Shown here: piece after piece, positions 1 to 9,009 of the stretch | Position numbering within the stretch: position 1 is the stretch's first letter | Layout of the letters: every line of letters begins with the position of its first letter | Assembly (NCBI GenBank): GCA_043750875.1 | Contig: JAYVAQ010000479.1 | Span: 1-40,681, forward strand | Length of the DNA: 40,681 nt | Origin: Rhodanobacteraceae bacterium | GTDB lineage: Bacteria; Pseudomonadota; Gammaproteobacteria; Xanthomonadales; SZUA-5 | Direction of reading: 5' to 3' | Notes under the pieces: model-generated | The model's input: only the letters and a program-made list of their open reading frames with translations | What the model was told of the DNA's origin: nothing | Databases searched by the model: none | Made by a program: the position numbers and the translations under genes

Positions 1-731
1 GAAACACCGACGAGAAAAAGCGGTAGCAAAGCGATCAACGGGTGCGCCAATTTTTCACCAGAAAATGCGGCCGGCTCATTAATTAGGTTGCTACCATAAC
101 CTTCACCGACTGCCACAGCACAGCGCCGCCGCCATTCCAAATAGCTCATGCCCGCAATAAAAATAATCACGCCGCCTAGGCTGCCAAGAATCGGCGCGGC
201 CCAGGCATTGGTGCCAAAAAATGCCGCTGGGATAATGTTTTGAATCTGCGGCGTGCCGGGCAAAGCATCCATCGTAAAAGTAAATGCGCCCAAGGCGATC
301 GTGCCGGGAATCAAGCGTTTTGGGATGTCATTTTGGCGAAACAGCTCGGCCGCAAATGGATAGACCGCAAACACCACGACAAACAGCGACACGCCGCCGT
401 AAGTCAGCAAAGCACACACGGCAACGATCGACAGCATCGCGCGCTGCGGGCCGAAAAGACGAATGCTGGCCGCCACGATTGATTTGGAAAATCCGGAAAT
501 CTCGATCAACTTGCCAAAAATTGCACCCAACAAAAACACTGGGAAATACAGCTTAAGAAAGCCGACCATCTTGTCCATAAACAAGCCGGTAAACATTGGT
601 GCCACCAAGCTTGGATCGGTCAACAACACCGCAGCCATCGCTGCAATCGGCGCAAAGATAATCACGCTGTAGCCGCGATACGCGACGAACATGAGAAAGC
701 TCAGTGCCGCGAGCACGATCAGGAAAGTCAT
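1..731 (-). CDS. GntP-family permease (H+:gluconate / D-beta-hydroxybutyrate permease type), 5' part only; C-terminus lies beyond the left edge
   Basis: Absent from the ORF track because it runs off the window. The reverse complement from ATG at 731 reads without stops to position 1: MTFLIVLAALSFLMFVAYRGYSVIIFAPIAAMAAVLLTDPSLVAPMFTGLFMDKMVGFLKLYFPVFLLGAIFGKLIEISGFSKSIV... It is very hydrophobic and multi-TM, a typical GntP permease N-terminus. Confidence 0.8.
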   Translation of the reverse strand, partial: MTFLIVLAALSFLMFVAYRGYSVIIFAPIAAMAAVLLTDPSLVAPMFTGLFMDKMVGFLKLYFPVFLLGAIFGKLIEISGFSKSIVAASIRLFGPQRAMLSIVAVCALLTYGGVSLFVVVFAVYPFAAELFRQNDIPKRLIPGTIALGAFTFTMDALPGTPQIQNIIPAAFFGTNAWAAPILGSLGGVIIFIAGMSYLEWRRRCAVAVGEGYGSNLINEPAAFSGEKLAHPLIALLPLFLVGV

Positions 732-873
732 TCGCGATGGACCTACGTAAAGTGCAAGCGCTCAGTTTATTTGACACGCGCCGTGCCGCCATCGTACCAA
801 GGTACAAGTGTGCAACCCTGGGGCGGCACTTTATGCTGATGCCAATTTCCAAGCCATCAACGAAGGTAGAACC

Positions 874-3144
874 ATGACCCGCAATCAACTGAGCCTAGCC
901 ATTGGCCTATCGCTCCTCGTAGGTGCGCCATTTTTCAGCGGCACCTCTAAGGCCTTTGCGCAGGACGCAGAGCAAGCCAATGAAAGTAGCGATGTGACTT
1001 TGGATGAGATTAAAGTGACCGCGCGGCGTCGGGAAGAAACCTTACAAGATGTGCCAGTCGCGGTCACTGCGTTTACGCCAGAAACCATCGACAAACTCAA
1101 CGTGCGTGATTTAGGCGATCTAGATGCGCAGGTTCCTAACTTAACCATTTATGCCGCGCGCGGCTCGAACAGCACGATCACTGCCTATATTCGCGGCGTG
1201 GGTCAGTCTGATCCGCTCTGGGGCGTGGATCCGGGCGTTGGACTGTATTTGGATGATGTTTACATTGCCCGGCCACAGGGCGGCTTGCTAGACGTGTTCG
1301 ATATCGGGCGCTTAGAAGTATTGCGCGGGCCGCAAGGAACGCTGTATGGCAAAAACACTATTGGCGGTGCGATCAAATATATTTCGCGCGACTTGCCGAC
1401 GGAATTAGAAGGCTCGGCGCAGATCGGTATCGGCAGCTACAGCCAGAGAGATTTTAACGGCGCAGTCGGCGGCCCGGTCGGTGAAAACGTGCGCATGCGA
1501 ATTGCCGCCGCCAGCCTCAATCGCGACGGCTTTGGCGAAAATATTGTGACTGGTGAAGATGTCAGCGACAAAGATATTCAAGCGGTGCGCTACAGCGCAG
1601 GCTATTTTGCCAATGACAGCAGTTTCGATATCCGCTTTAGCTTGGACTACAGCAAAGATGCCTCAGGCGTGCGCGGCGCGCAAATGCTCAGCACCAATTT
1701 TCGCGATCCAACAAATCCTGATCAATTGCCGCTAACTGATCGCTACGATGTCCGCAATGGCATGCCAAACGTCAATGAGACCACCTTGAGCGGCGCTTCG
1801 ATCATTGCCAATTGGCAGATCAATGACAATTGGCTGCTCAAATCGGTGACCGCGAAACGCAAGTCCGACACCGCCACCTATATCGACTTTGACACGCTGC
1901 AGCAGCAGCTTACCGATGTCAAAGCGTTCTACAACGATGATCAGCTAAGCCAAGAATTCCAAGCCAGCTTTGATGCCGCTGGCAACCACCGTGGCGTGTT
2001 GGGCGTGTATTGGTTCAAAGGCGAGGCCGGTGGTTTGGTGCAAAACGTGTTCTTAAAAGGCGCCGATATCCCACCGTTCTTCGCCGCACCTCCAGGTCCA
2101 GGTTTTGCCGGCCAATTTGGCGAAACCCGCGGTGATGTCGACACCAAAAGCATCGCGGTCTATGGCGACTGGGTTTATGACTTCACTGATAAATTTAGCG
2201 TCAATGGCGGCTTGCGCTACACCAAAGAAGAAAAGACTGCGCTAGTAAATAACCGCAGTTTTGCCAACGACAGTTTTGGCACGCCAACAGCGACGGTAGG
2301 TTTTAACAAATCAAAAACCTTCACCAACTTGTCGCCAAAAATATCGCTGGACTACAAGCTAAGCGAAGAAACTTTGCTATATGGCTTGTTCGCACGCGGC
2401 TTCAAATCCGGTGGCTATAACATTCGCGCCAGTGTGTTGCCGAATTCGCAGGAACCGTATGAAGACGAACAGGTCGATAGCTTGGAAGTAGGCAGCAAGA
2501 TGTCCTTCCTAGACCAACTCATGTTCCTGAACTTGGCGTATTTTCATAACAAATACAAAGACATCCAGCTGTCGGTATTTACCTCATGCAACGTGGGCGG
2601 CGTGGCGTCTTTCTGCGCCGACTTTACCAATGCGGGTAAAGGCACGGTTTCAGGTGCAGAGTTAGAACTGCAGCTGCGTCCAAGCGAAAACTGGTTTATC
2701 AGCGGCAATATCGCCACGCTCAACGCCAAATTCGACGAATACCTGTTCAAAGGCACAAATATTGCGGGTAACCAAGAATTCACCAATGCCCCTGACTTTT
2801 CTGGCGCGCTGAATGTTGAATATATTCAACCACTTAACGTGGGCGGGCAGCTAAGCTATCGAGTAAGCTATTCCACCCAAAGCGATGTGACCGCGACCAC
2901 GGAAGTGGTGCGTGACCCGGTGACCGGCGTAATTACGAACCCGATCAAACAAAACGGCTATGGTTTGCTCAGTGCTGGTGTGCAGTGGAAAACCGCGAGC
3001 GACTGGTTGCTTTCGTTGCAAGCGAGCAACTTGACGGACAAGAAATACCTAGTCACTGGCTATGTGATTCCAGCGACCGGCGTGCGCACCGGCTTTTATG
3101 GCGCGCCTAGACAAATTAGCCTGACCGCGCGCTACAGTTTCTAA
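874..3144 (+). CDS. TonB-dependent outer-membrane receptor
   Basis: The ORF is 808..3144. The likely true start is ATG 874, giving a signal peptide MTRNQLSLAIGLSLLVGAPFFSGTSKAFAQ, with GAAGG upstream. It has a TonB-box-like DEIKVTA, plug motifs (LEVLRGPQGTLYGKNTIGG), beta-barrel repeats and a terminal ...LTARYSF (C-terminal Phe). Confidence 0.9.
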   Translation: MTRNQLSLAIGLSLLVGAPFFSGTSKAFAQDAEQANESSDVTLDEIKVTARRREETLQDVPVAVTAFTPETIDKLNVRDLGDLDAQVPNLTIYAARGSNSTITAYIRGVGQSDPLWGVDPGVGLYLDDVYIARPQGGLLDVFDIGRLEVLRGPQGTLYGKNTIGGAIKYISRDLPTELEGSAQIGIGSYSQRDFNGAVGGPVGENVRMRIAAASLNRDGFGENIVTGEDVSDKDIQAVRYSAGYFANDSSFDIRFSLDYSKDASGVRGAQMLSTNFRDPTNPDQLPLTDRYDVRNGMPNVNETTLSGASIIANWQINDNWLLKSVTAKRKSDTATYIDFDTLQQQLTDVKAFYNDDQLSQEFQASFDAAGNHRGVLGVYWFKGEAGGLVQNVFLKGADIPPFFAAPPGPGFAGQFGETRGDVDTKSIAVYGDWVYDFTDKFSVNGGLRYTKEEKTALVNNRSFANDSFGTPTATVGFNKSKTFTNLSPKISLDYKLSEETLLYGLFARGFKSGGYNIRASVLPNSQEPYEDEQVDSLEVGSKMSFLDQLMFLNLAYFHNKYKDIQLSVFTSCNVGGVASFCADFTNAGKGTVSGAELELQLRPSENWFISGNIATLNAKFDEYLFKGTNIAGNQEFTNAPDFSGALNVEYIQPLNVGGQLSYRVSYSTQSDVTATTEVVRDPVTGVITNPIKQNGYGLLSAGVQWKTASDWLLSLQASNLTDKKYLVTGYVIPATGVRTGFYGAPRQISLTARYSF

Positions 3145-4226
3145 TGCGCGCGTCTCAATCGGACTTACGCCCAGCGTTTGCGCAAGCACACCTGGGCGGC
3201 TTTTTCGCACTGTTGTTGGGTATAAATTTAATGGGCTTGAGCGCGTGCCACAAAGCGCCCGTGGCTGAACTTCCCAAGCTCAACATTGACCCCAACCGCA
3301 TCGCAGTTGCAGGCATGTCATCGGGCGCTTACATGGCGACCCAGGTGCACCTCGCGTTTTCTGATCACCTAATCGGTGCGGGCCTGGTGGCGGGCGGGCC
3401 GTATGGCTGCACCAAAGGTGATCTGGACACCGCGCTCAGCACTTGCATGAAGGGCGCGCCCGCAGCACCAGATGCCGCAGGCTTGGCGGGGGTTGCAGTT
3501 GAACGCGGTGTTACTCGGCACTTGGCACCGATTGCGGGCTTAAACGGTGATCGCGTGCTAATTGTGCATGGCGCACTAGATCAGATGGTGGCAAGTTCGG
3601 TGGGGACGGCGAGTTACGACTTTTATGCTGCTTTGGCGCGCCTGCCTGAGGCAAAGGACTTGAAGCTACGCTTGGATGCCGAGCGCAAATTTGCCCATAC
3701 CTTTCCTACGCAAGCCAGTGGCACAGAGTGCGGGGTAAGTGTTTCGCCGTATTTAGGAAGCTGCAAATTTGATGCTGCAGGCGAAATCATGCGCGAAATA
3801 TTTGCCGCGCCATCACTTGATGCAGCACCAGCGGCAACGGGGGAATTACGCAGCTTTAACCAGGATGCGTATCTAATCGACGGCGCAGATGCGTATCTGG
3901 CCAGCAGCGGCTATCTCTATGTTCCGAAGGTTTGCAGCGATCCACTAGCACCGGCCTGTGGCCTGTTGATCGCGTTCCATGGCTGCGAACAAAACGCGGA
4001 TAAAGTGGGTGAGGCGTTTGTGCGCGATGCTGGATTTAATCGCTGGGCGGATCAGCTGCAGGTGGTGGTGCTCTACCCACAAACGCGGGCGAGCTACTTT
4101 CCACTGAATCCTAAAGCCTGTTGGGATTGGTGGGGTTTTTCCGGTAAGGATTTTGATGTCCGCAGTGGCGTGCAGCCGCGTTGGGTAGCGCGTGCCAGTG
4201 CGGCATTGGGTGCGCCGCTAGAGTAG
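3144..4226 (+). CDS. PHB-depolymerase-family esterase: lipoprotein, catalytic domain only, type-2 motif order
   Basis: The ATG overlaps the TAA of the receptor gene (TAATG at 3142..3146). There is a lipobox LMGLSAC. The lipase box AGMSSGAYMA is near the N-terminus. The motif LLIAFHGCEQN...NPKACWDWWG (the esterase_PHB oxyanion-type motif) is near the C-terminus. No linker or substrate-binding domain is present. Confidence 0.75.
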   Translation: MRASQSDLRPAFAQAHLGGFFALLLGINLMGLSACHKAPVAELPKLNIDPNRIAVAGMSSGAYMATQVHLAFSDHLIGAGLVAGGPYGCTKGDLDTALSTCMKGAPAAPDAAGLAGVAVERGVTRHLAPIAGLNGDRVLIVHGALDQMVASSVGTASYDFYAALARLPEAKDLKLRLDAERKFAHTFPTQASGTECGVSVSPYLGSCKFDAAGEIMREIFAAPSLDAAPAATGELRSFNQDAYLIDGADAYLASSGYLYVPKVCSDPLAPACGLLIAFHGCEQNADKVGEAFVRDAGFNRWADQLQVVVLYPQTRASYFPLNPKACWDWWGFSGKDFDVRSGVQPRWVARASAALGAPLE

Positions 4227-4266
4227 GCTCTGGTATTAGCTTAAGGCGCGCGAGTTTGGACCACGA

Positions 4267-7200
4267 ATGTTGACCGACACCTTTGTCGTAATCGCCGGTT
4301 TACTTTGGCTGGGCCTACTGTTTGCAGCAGCGCTTTGGGCCGAGAGACGCCCCAATTTTTTGGCCAAATACTGGTCTGCGGTTTACAGCCTTTCGCTGGC
4401 GGTGTATTGCACATCATGGACCTTTTACGGCACCGTGACCCAAGCTAGGCGCTCGGGTTGGCCGATTCCACCGACTTTTGTTGGCAGCATTTTGCTGTAT
4501 GCCTTCGGCTTTGCAGTATTGCGCAAACTGCTGCGGCTAGCGCGTGAAAATAACTCAACCTCGTTGGCGGATTTAATTGCGACGCGCTTGGGTAAGAATT
4601 CTTGGCTGGCGGCGGCGGTAACCTTTGTCGCGGTGCTGGGCATCATTCCCTATATCGCGCTGCAACTAAAAGCGGTGGCGATGAGCTACGGCTTATTGAC
4701 GCGCGCCACCGATTTGACACCGCCCGCGTGGCAAGATAGTGCGCTGTACGTCGCCTTGGCGATGGCGCTATTCGCGATGCTGTTTGGTACCCGGCGCGCC
4801 TCAGCGGCCGAGCACAACCGTGGTTTGGTGCTGGCGATGGCGTTAGAAGCCTTACTAAAACTGAGCGCGATGTTGGCGCTGGGCGCGTTCGTATGGTTCG
4901 GCCTGAAATTGCCCGCCGCAGCGAACCTGCAATTGCCACTGGCTTTACAAAACGAGGGCGCAAGCGGTTTTCCGGCACTGATTGCGCTCGGCGCATTGGC
5001 GATGCTAACGCTGCCACATCAGTTTCATGTGGGCGTTGTTGAATGTCGGGATGAGGCGAATTTGCGCACCGCGCGTTGGCTGTTTCCCCTGTACTTGCTG
5101 CTGATTGCGCTGCCAATTTTGCCGCTGGCACATGCAGGTGATGCGTTACTTGCGCCACTGGGTGTGCCATCGGATATGTATGTTTTGGCACTGCCGCTGT
5201 CGCAAGGTTACGACGCGCTGGCGCTGTTTGCATTCTTAGGCGGCCTGAGTGCCGCCACCGGCATGGTGATTATCTCGACCTTGGCGCTGAGCGTGATGAT
5301 TGGCAACCACTGGCTTACGCCGCTGATGGTGCGCCGTGCTTGGGCGCAGCCAGCGGTGGGCGACTTGCGTGGCGCGGTGCTGATGCAGCGGCGCGTAGGG
5401 ATCTTAGGCGTGGTTTTGCTGGCCTGGGGCTACAGCCGCGCGATTGCCGGTAGTGATGCCTTGGCCGATATTGGCGCGGTGTCGTTTTCGGCGCTGGCGA
5501 CTTTGGCCCCGGCATTGGGATATGCGATTTGGCGCCCACAAACGCCGCCAATGGCGGTGTTGTTGGGTTTGCTGAGTGCCGTGCTCATTTGGGCCTGGGC
5601 ACTGCTGGTGCCCTCGTTAGTTGAAGCCGCAGGCGGTGGTGTTTGGCTGAGCCAAGGGCCGTTCGGCATCAGCATTTTGGCACCGGATTTGCTGCTCGGC
5701 TTGGAGAGTTGGAGCCGCCTAGGCCGCGCGGTGTTGTTAAGTCTGCTGGTCGGCACGGGTGTTACTGCATTCGCTGCGGTAAAGCTGCCTGAAAATGCAA
5801 CCGCACTGCGCAGTGGCGCACTATCGATTGCGGCATTGCGGGATTTAGCGCTGCGATTTTTGCCCGCCACCGAGGTGCAAAACCTACTCAGCGATGCCAG
5901 TGAAAATAGCGCCGAGCCCAAAAGCAACCCGGTGCGTGCATTGGCGCATCTTGAGGCGCGAATCGAGCGCGAACTAGCCTCCGTGCTGGGCTCTGCATCG
6001 GCCAGATTACTGCTCAACGCCGCTCGACGTGAGCAGGGGCGCGATTTAGATAGCGTGGCGGAAATTGTCGGCGAGGCCTCGCAAGCGCTGCGTTTTAATC
6101 GGCGGGTTTTGGAAGCGGCACTGCAAAATATGTCGCAAGGAATCAGCGTTGTTGATGCCAGTTTGCGCCTGATGGCGTGGAACCGCCGCTACGCCGAACT
6201 GTTTGAATATCCGACTAGTTTGCTGCATGTGGGCGTGCCCATAAGCGAACTGGTTCGCCACAATATTCGCCGGCGTCTAGCCTCTGAAAACTTGAGCGAG
6301 CAAGACATTGCCAGCGAAGTAGACAAGCGCGTGCGCCACATGCGCGCCGGCACACCTTATGTGGTCGAGCGTAACTTCGAGACAAATCCGGCCGAACAGA
6401 CGACACGGCAGGCAATCGTCGTGGAGATTCGCGGCAACCCGATGCCGGGCGGAGGCTTTGTCGCCACCTTTACCGACGTCACCGACTTTAGGCGCGCCGA
6501 AACCGAGCTCAAATCCATCGCCGAATCGCTAGAGCAACGCGTCGCCGAACGCACCGCGCAGCTGGCCGGTGCGATGACGATTGCCGAGCGCGCGAATCGC
6601 GCCAAGTCGCGCTTCCTGGCCGCCGTGAGTCATGATTTAGCACAACCGCTCAACGCCGCGCATCTATTCACGCACGCGTTGGCACAGCGCTTACAACATG
6701 AAGACTATCGACAAGAAATTAACAACATTGATCACGCGCTAAACTCCGCCGAAGGATTGCTGTCGGGCTTGCTCGATATTTCCCAGCTAGACGCGGGCGG
6801 CATGACGCCGAAAATTCAGGCCTTTTGCATTGCTGAGCTTCTGCAACATTTGGCCGCCGAGTTTCGCGTAATTGCCGAAGCGAAGGGTTTGATTTTACGC
6901 TGTGTTGGCAGCCAAGCCTGGGTGCGCAGCGACCCGCAACTCCTTCGTCGGGTGCTGCAAAATTTTCTGACCAACGCGGTGCGCTACACCGCCTCCGGGC
7001 GTGTATTACTGGGTTGCCGCTTGTTGCACGATCACATTCGCATTGAAGTTTGGGATACCGGCGTTGGCATTGAAGCCGCCGATCAAAAAGTCATTTTTGA
7101 GGAGTTTCGTCGGCTAGGGCACGGCGGCTTGGGGCATGGCAGCGCGCAGGGCATGGGCTTAGGGTTATCGATCGCCGAACGCATCGCACACCTGCTTGGG

Positions 7201-7686
7201 CACAGCATTAGCCTGCGCTCGCGCATTGGCGTCGGCACCGTATTTGCGCTGAATGTGGCGCGCGCGCCAACGGAAATCGTGGCCACAATTCCGCTGCCAA
7301 AAGTGCTGGAACATACGCCCAGTAGCCGCGTTTTAGTTGTGGACAATGACGCAGATGTACTGCGCGCAATGCAGGCGCTATTGAGCACCTGGCAGTGCGA
7401 AGTTCAGGCTGCGCGTACCTCGGCCGAGGCGCTGCGTTTGGTCGATGCGGCAACACCCGATTTGCTGCTATTGGACTATCACCTGGACAGCGAACTAACC
7501 GGTTTAAAGCTTAGGCTAGATCTTATTGCCCGTATCGGGCCACGGCCGTGCGTGATTATTACCGCGGATCAAAGTGAAGCCCTGCGTGATGCGGTAGCCG
7601 ATGCGGGCTGTCAGCTGTTATACAAACCACTGAAGCCACTGGCATTGAAATCGATGATGGCGCGTTTGTTGGCGGCGGCGGAATAG
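4267..7686 (+). CDS. Hybrid sensor histidine kinase with an N-terminal sodium:solute-symporter-like (SLC5) membrane domain, PAS, HisKA, HATPase_c and receiver domains (CrbS/MxtR-like architecture)
   Basis: 1139 aa. About 500 aa of multi-TM N-terminus resembles SSS transporters. A helical linker follows (candidate STAC region). The PAS-like region reads GISVVDASLRLMAWNRRYAELF. The H-box is FLAAVSHDLAQPLNAA, the N-box LQNFLTNAVRYT, G1 VWDTGVGI and G2 GMGLGLSIA. The receiver reads VLVVDNDADVL...DLLLLDYHL...YKPLKP. Confidence 0.85.
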   Translation: MLTDTFVVIAGLLWLGLLFAAALWAERRPNFLAKYWSAVYSLSLAVYCTSWTFYGTVTQARRSGWPIPPTFVGSILLYAFGFAVLRKLLRLARENNSTSLADLIATRLGKNSWLAAAVTFVAVLGIIPYIALQLKAVAMSYGLLTRATDLTPPAWQDSALYVALAMALFAMLFGTRRASAAEHNRGLVLAMALEALLKLSAMLALGAFVWFGLKLPAAANLQLPLALQNEGASGFPALIALGALAMLTLPHQFHVGVVECRDEANLRTARWLFPLYLLLIALPILPLAHAGDALLAPLGVPSDMYVLALPLSQGYDALALFAFLGGLSAATGMVIISTLALSVMIGNHWLTPLMVRRAWAQPAVGDLRGAVLMQRRVGILGVVLLAWGYSRAIAGSDALADIGAVSFSALATLAPALGYAIWRPQTPPMAVLLGLLSAVLIWAWALLVPSLVEAAGGGVWLSQGPFGISILAPDLLLGLESWSRLGRAVLLSLLVGTGVTAFAAVKLPENATALRSGALSIAALRDLALRFLPATEVQNLLSDASENSAEPKSNPVRALAHLEARIERELASVLGSASARLLLNAARREQGRDLDSVAEIVGEASQALRFNRRVLEAALQNMSQGISVVDASLRLMAWNRRYAELFEYPTSLLHVGVPISELVRHNIRRRLASENLSEQDIASEVDKRVRHMRAGTPYVVERNFETNPAEQTTRQAIVVEIRGNPMPGGGFVATFTDVTDFRRAETELKSIAESLEQRVAERTAQLAGAMTIAERANRAKSRFLAAVSHDLAQPLNAAHLFTHALAQRLQHEDYRQEINNIDHALNSAEGLLSGLLDISQLDAGGMTPKIQAFCIAELLQHLAAEFRVIAEAKGLILRCVGSQAWVRSDPQLLRRVLQNFLTNAVRYTASGRVLLGCRLLHDHIRIEVWDTGVGIEAADQKVIFEEFRRLGHGGLGHGSAQGMGLGLSIAERIAHLLGHSISLRSRIGVGTVFALNVARAPTEIVATIPLPKVLEHTPSSRVLVVDNDADVLRAMQALLSTWQCEVQAARTSAEALRLVDAATPDLLLLDYHLDSELTGLKLRLDLIARIGPRPCVIITADQSEALRDAVADAGCQLLYKPLKPLALKSMMARLLAAAE

Positions 7687-7718
7687 TTCAGGAGTCTGAT
7701 GCCATAGAGATCAACCTA

Positions 7719-7745
7719 GTATTACAATCACGACCACTGTAATAC
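7719..7745. promoter_or_regulatory. Inverted repeat GTATTACA-N11-TGTAATAC upstream of vapB; candidate antitoxin operator overlapping a TACAAT -10-like hexamer
   Basis: Perfect 8-bp arms lie at 7719..7726 and 7738..7745, ending 15 nt before the vapB ATG. TACAAT lies at 7723..7728. Type II antitoxins usually autoregulate through palindromes. Confidence 0.35.
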
Positions 7746-7760
7746 AAACGGAGCTAAACC

Positions 7761-8000
7761 ATGTCGACTACCCTCACCAGTAAAGGCCAAGTCACCATCC
7801 CCAAGCAGATTCGTGACGCCCTAAGCATGACCCCCGGCTGTTCTGTGGATTTTGCTGTGAACGCGCAGGGCGATGTGGTGATTCACAAAGTCGGCGTCCA
7901 TACAAGCCAGAAGCCGGATCGCTTCGACGCCGCACGCGGCAAGGCTGACTTAAAGTGGCGCACTGACGATTTAATGGCGATGCTGCGCGGTGAGGGTTGA
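7761..8000 (+). CDS. vapB: AbrB/SpoVT-fold type II antitoxin (VapB-type)
   Basis: 79 aa. MSTTLTSKGQVTIPKQIRDALSMTPGCSVDFAV is the SpoVT/AbrB looped-hinge-helix signature. GGAG lies 9 nt upstream. The stop overlaps the start of the PIN gene. Confidence 0.8.
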   Translation: MSTTLTSKGQVTIPKQIRDALSMTPGCSVDFAVNAQGDVVIHKVGVHTSQKPDRFDAARGKADLKWRTDDLMAMLRGEG

Positions 8001-8410
8001 TGCTGCTCGTTGACACCAATGTGCTCGTCGACGTGCTTGAGGATGATCCGCAATGGGCGGACTGGTCCATCCGGCAACTGCGCGCGCAAGCCAAAATTCA
8101 TCGGCTGGCAATCAATCCCATAATTTATTCCGAACTATCGCTGACATTCTCCACCGTCGAGGCACTCGATCAAGCCGTAACGGACTTGGACCTAGTCGTA
8201 CTCGAAATTCCTAGACCCGCGCTATTTCTGGCCGGCAAAGCATTTGTTCGCTACCGCCGTCAGGGTGGAACCAAGGGCAATGTCTTGGCGGATTTTTATA
8301 TTGGCGCGCATGCTGCGGTGTCAGGGCTTACGCTGTTGACGCGCGATACCCGGCGATATAAATCCTATTTCACCGGCGTGAATTTGATTGCGCCGGAAGT
8401 TGCGAATTGA
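8000..8410 (+). CDS. vapC: PIN-domain ribonuclease toxin (VapC)
   Basis: MLLVDTNVLVDVLE...YSELS...LADFYIGAHA...LLTRDTRRY supplies the conserved acidic PIN residues. The ATG at 8000 overlaps the vapB TGA (TGATG); the ORF track starts one codon earlier, at TTG 7997. Confidence 0.85.
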   Translation: MLLVDTNVLVDVLEDDPQWADWSIRQLRAQAKIHRLAINPIIYSELSLTFSTVEALDQAVTDLDLVVLEIPRPALFLAGKAFVRYRRQGGTKGNVLADFYIGAHAAVSGLTLLTRDTRRYKSYFTGVNLIAPEVAN

Positions 8411-8844
8411 ATGGCATTGCCGTTGAAAAAGGAGGTCGTTGCCTTTCTCAATTCGGCCAAAGGCGGTGATCTTTACATTGGGTTCGATGACGATGGCGAA
8501 GTGGTGGGGGTTGCGGATGTAGATGCCCAGATGCTCAATAGTCACGGCCTGAGTCACGGCCTGAGTCACGGTCTGAGTCACGGCCTGAGTCACGGTCTGA
8601 GTCACGGTCTGAGTCAGGGGCAGAGCCGCTGGCACAGAAATTACTGTTTCTATTGCGCGCCGCGCCATTGTCCAAATCGGACCTAGCCCTTCGGTCAATG
8701 TCTTGCTGGAACAAGCCATGATCGAGAGATCCCTGCCCGACAAACCCCAAAGCAGCCTGCAAAAATATCGTCTGACTCAGGCCGGGCGGCAGTGGCTTAA
8801 ATTGGGTGGAGCGCAGAAAGCAACAAGCGGGAATTTAGAATGAG
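8411..8844 (+). pseudogene. Decayed remnant of an AlbA_2 (Schlafen-like) / ATPase / winged-helix putative transcriptional regulator
   Basis: One frame reads LKKEVVAFLNSAKGGDLYIGFDDDGEVVGV, which is the AlbA_2 core motif but lacks the usual N-terminal ~25 aa. It then reads through the tandem repeat and terminates at 8686. A different frame is open from 8542 to 8844 and reads AEPLAQKLLFLLRAAPLSKS...LLEQAMIERSLPDKPQSSLQKYRLTQAGRQWL, the typical C-terminal wHTH tail of the same family. The ~350 aa in between are missing. Confidence 0.55.
8540..8617. repeat. 12-nt tandem repeat AGTCACGG(C/T)CTG, six full copies plus a partial seventh
   Basis: Read directly. Units lie at 8540, 8552, 8564, 8576, 8588 and 8600, with partial AGTCAG at 8612. 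Only one position varies (C/T at position 9 of the unit). Confidence 0.95.
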
Positions 8845-9009
8845 TAAGGTTTTTACGCTGGAGCGCGCGGTAATTGAGGAGCTACCAGAAAGATTAGCTC
8901 TTTAAAGAGAGCTAAAAGCCCCGGCCTTCTTAAAGCGCAGCGGGTTTTGGTGACGAATGCCCAGCGAATCAAATCTGCCTTACATACCGGCTACCGATGC
9001 GAATTAGCT

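Noticed and set aside
240-672. Several 60-90-aa + strand ORFs at the left end.
   Set aside because: All are antisense to the GntP permease reading frame, which is open over the whole 731 nt and has an obvious transporter sequence.
4643-6017. Long minus-strand ORFs (4643..5233, 5430..6017 and others) inside the sensor-kinase gene.
   Set aside because: They are antisense to a gene with unmistakable domain content. Their translations are Arg/Ala/Pro/Ser-rich low-complexity sequence, as is typical of shadow ORFs in GC-rich coding DNA.
8540-8617. The possibility that the 12-nt repeats are a CRISPR array.
   Set aside because: The units are contiguous with no spacers, and the unit is far too short. 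No cas genes or leader are present.
8321-8743. A 140-aa minus-strand ORF reading the tandem repeat as (TQTV/TQAV)n.
   Set aside because: It is open only because the 12-nt repeat contains no stop on that strand. It overlaps the 3' end of vapC antisense and has no family resemblance. It is kept only as a note within the repeat finding.
8915-8929. The 15-nt sequence AAAGCCCCGGCCTTC, also found at 25685..25699 inside the acyl-CoA dehydrogenase gene.
   Set aside because: About one exact 15-mer coincidence is expected by chance in 40 kb on two strands. There is no extended similarity around either copy.
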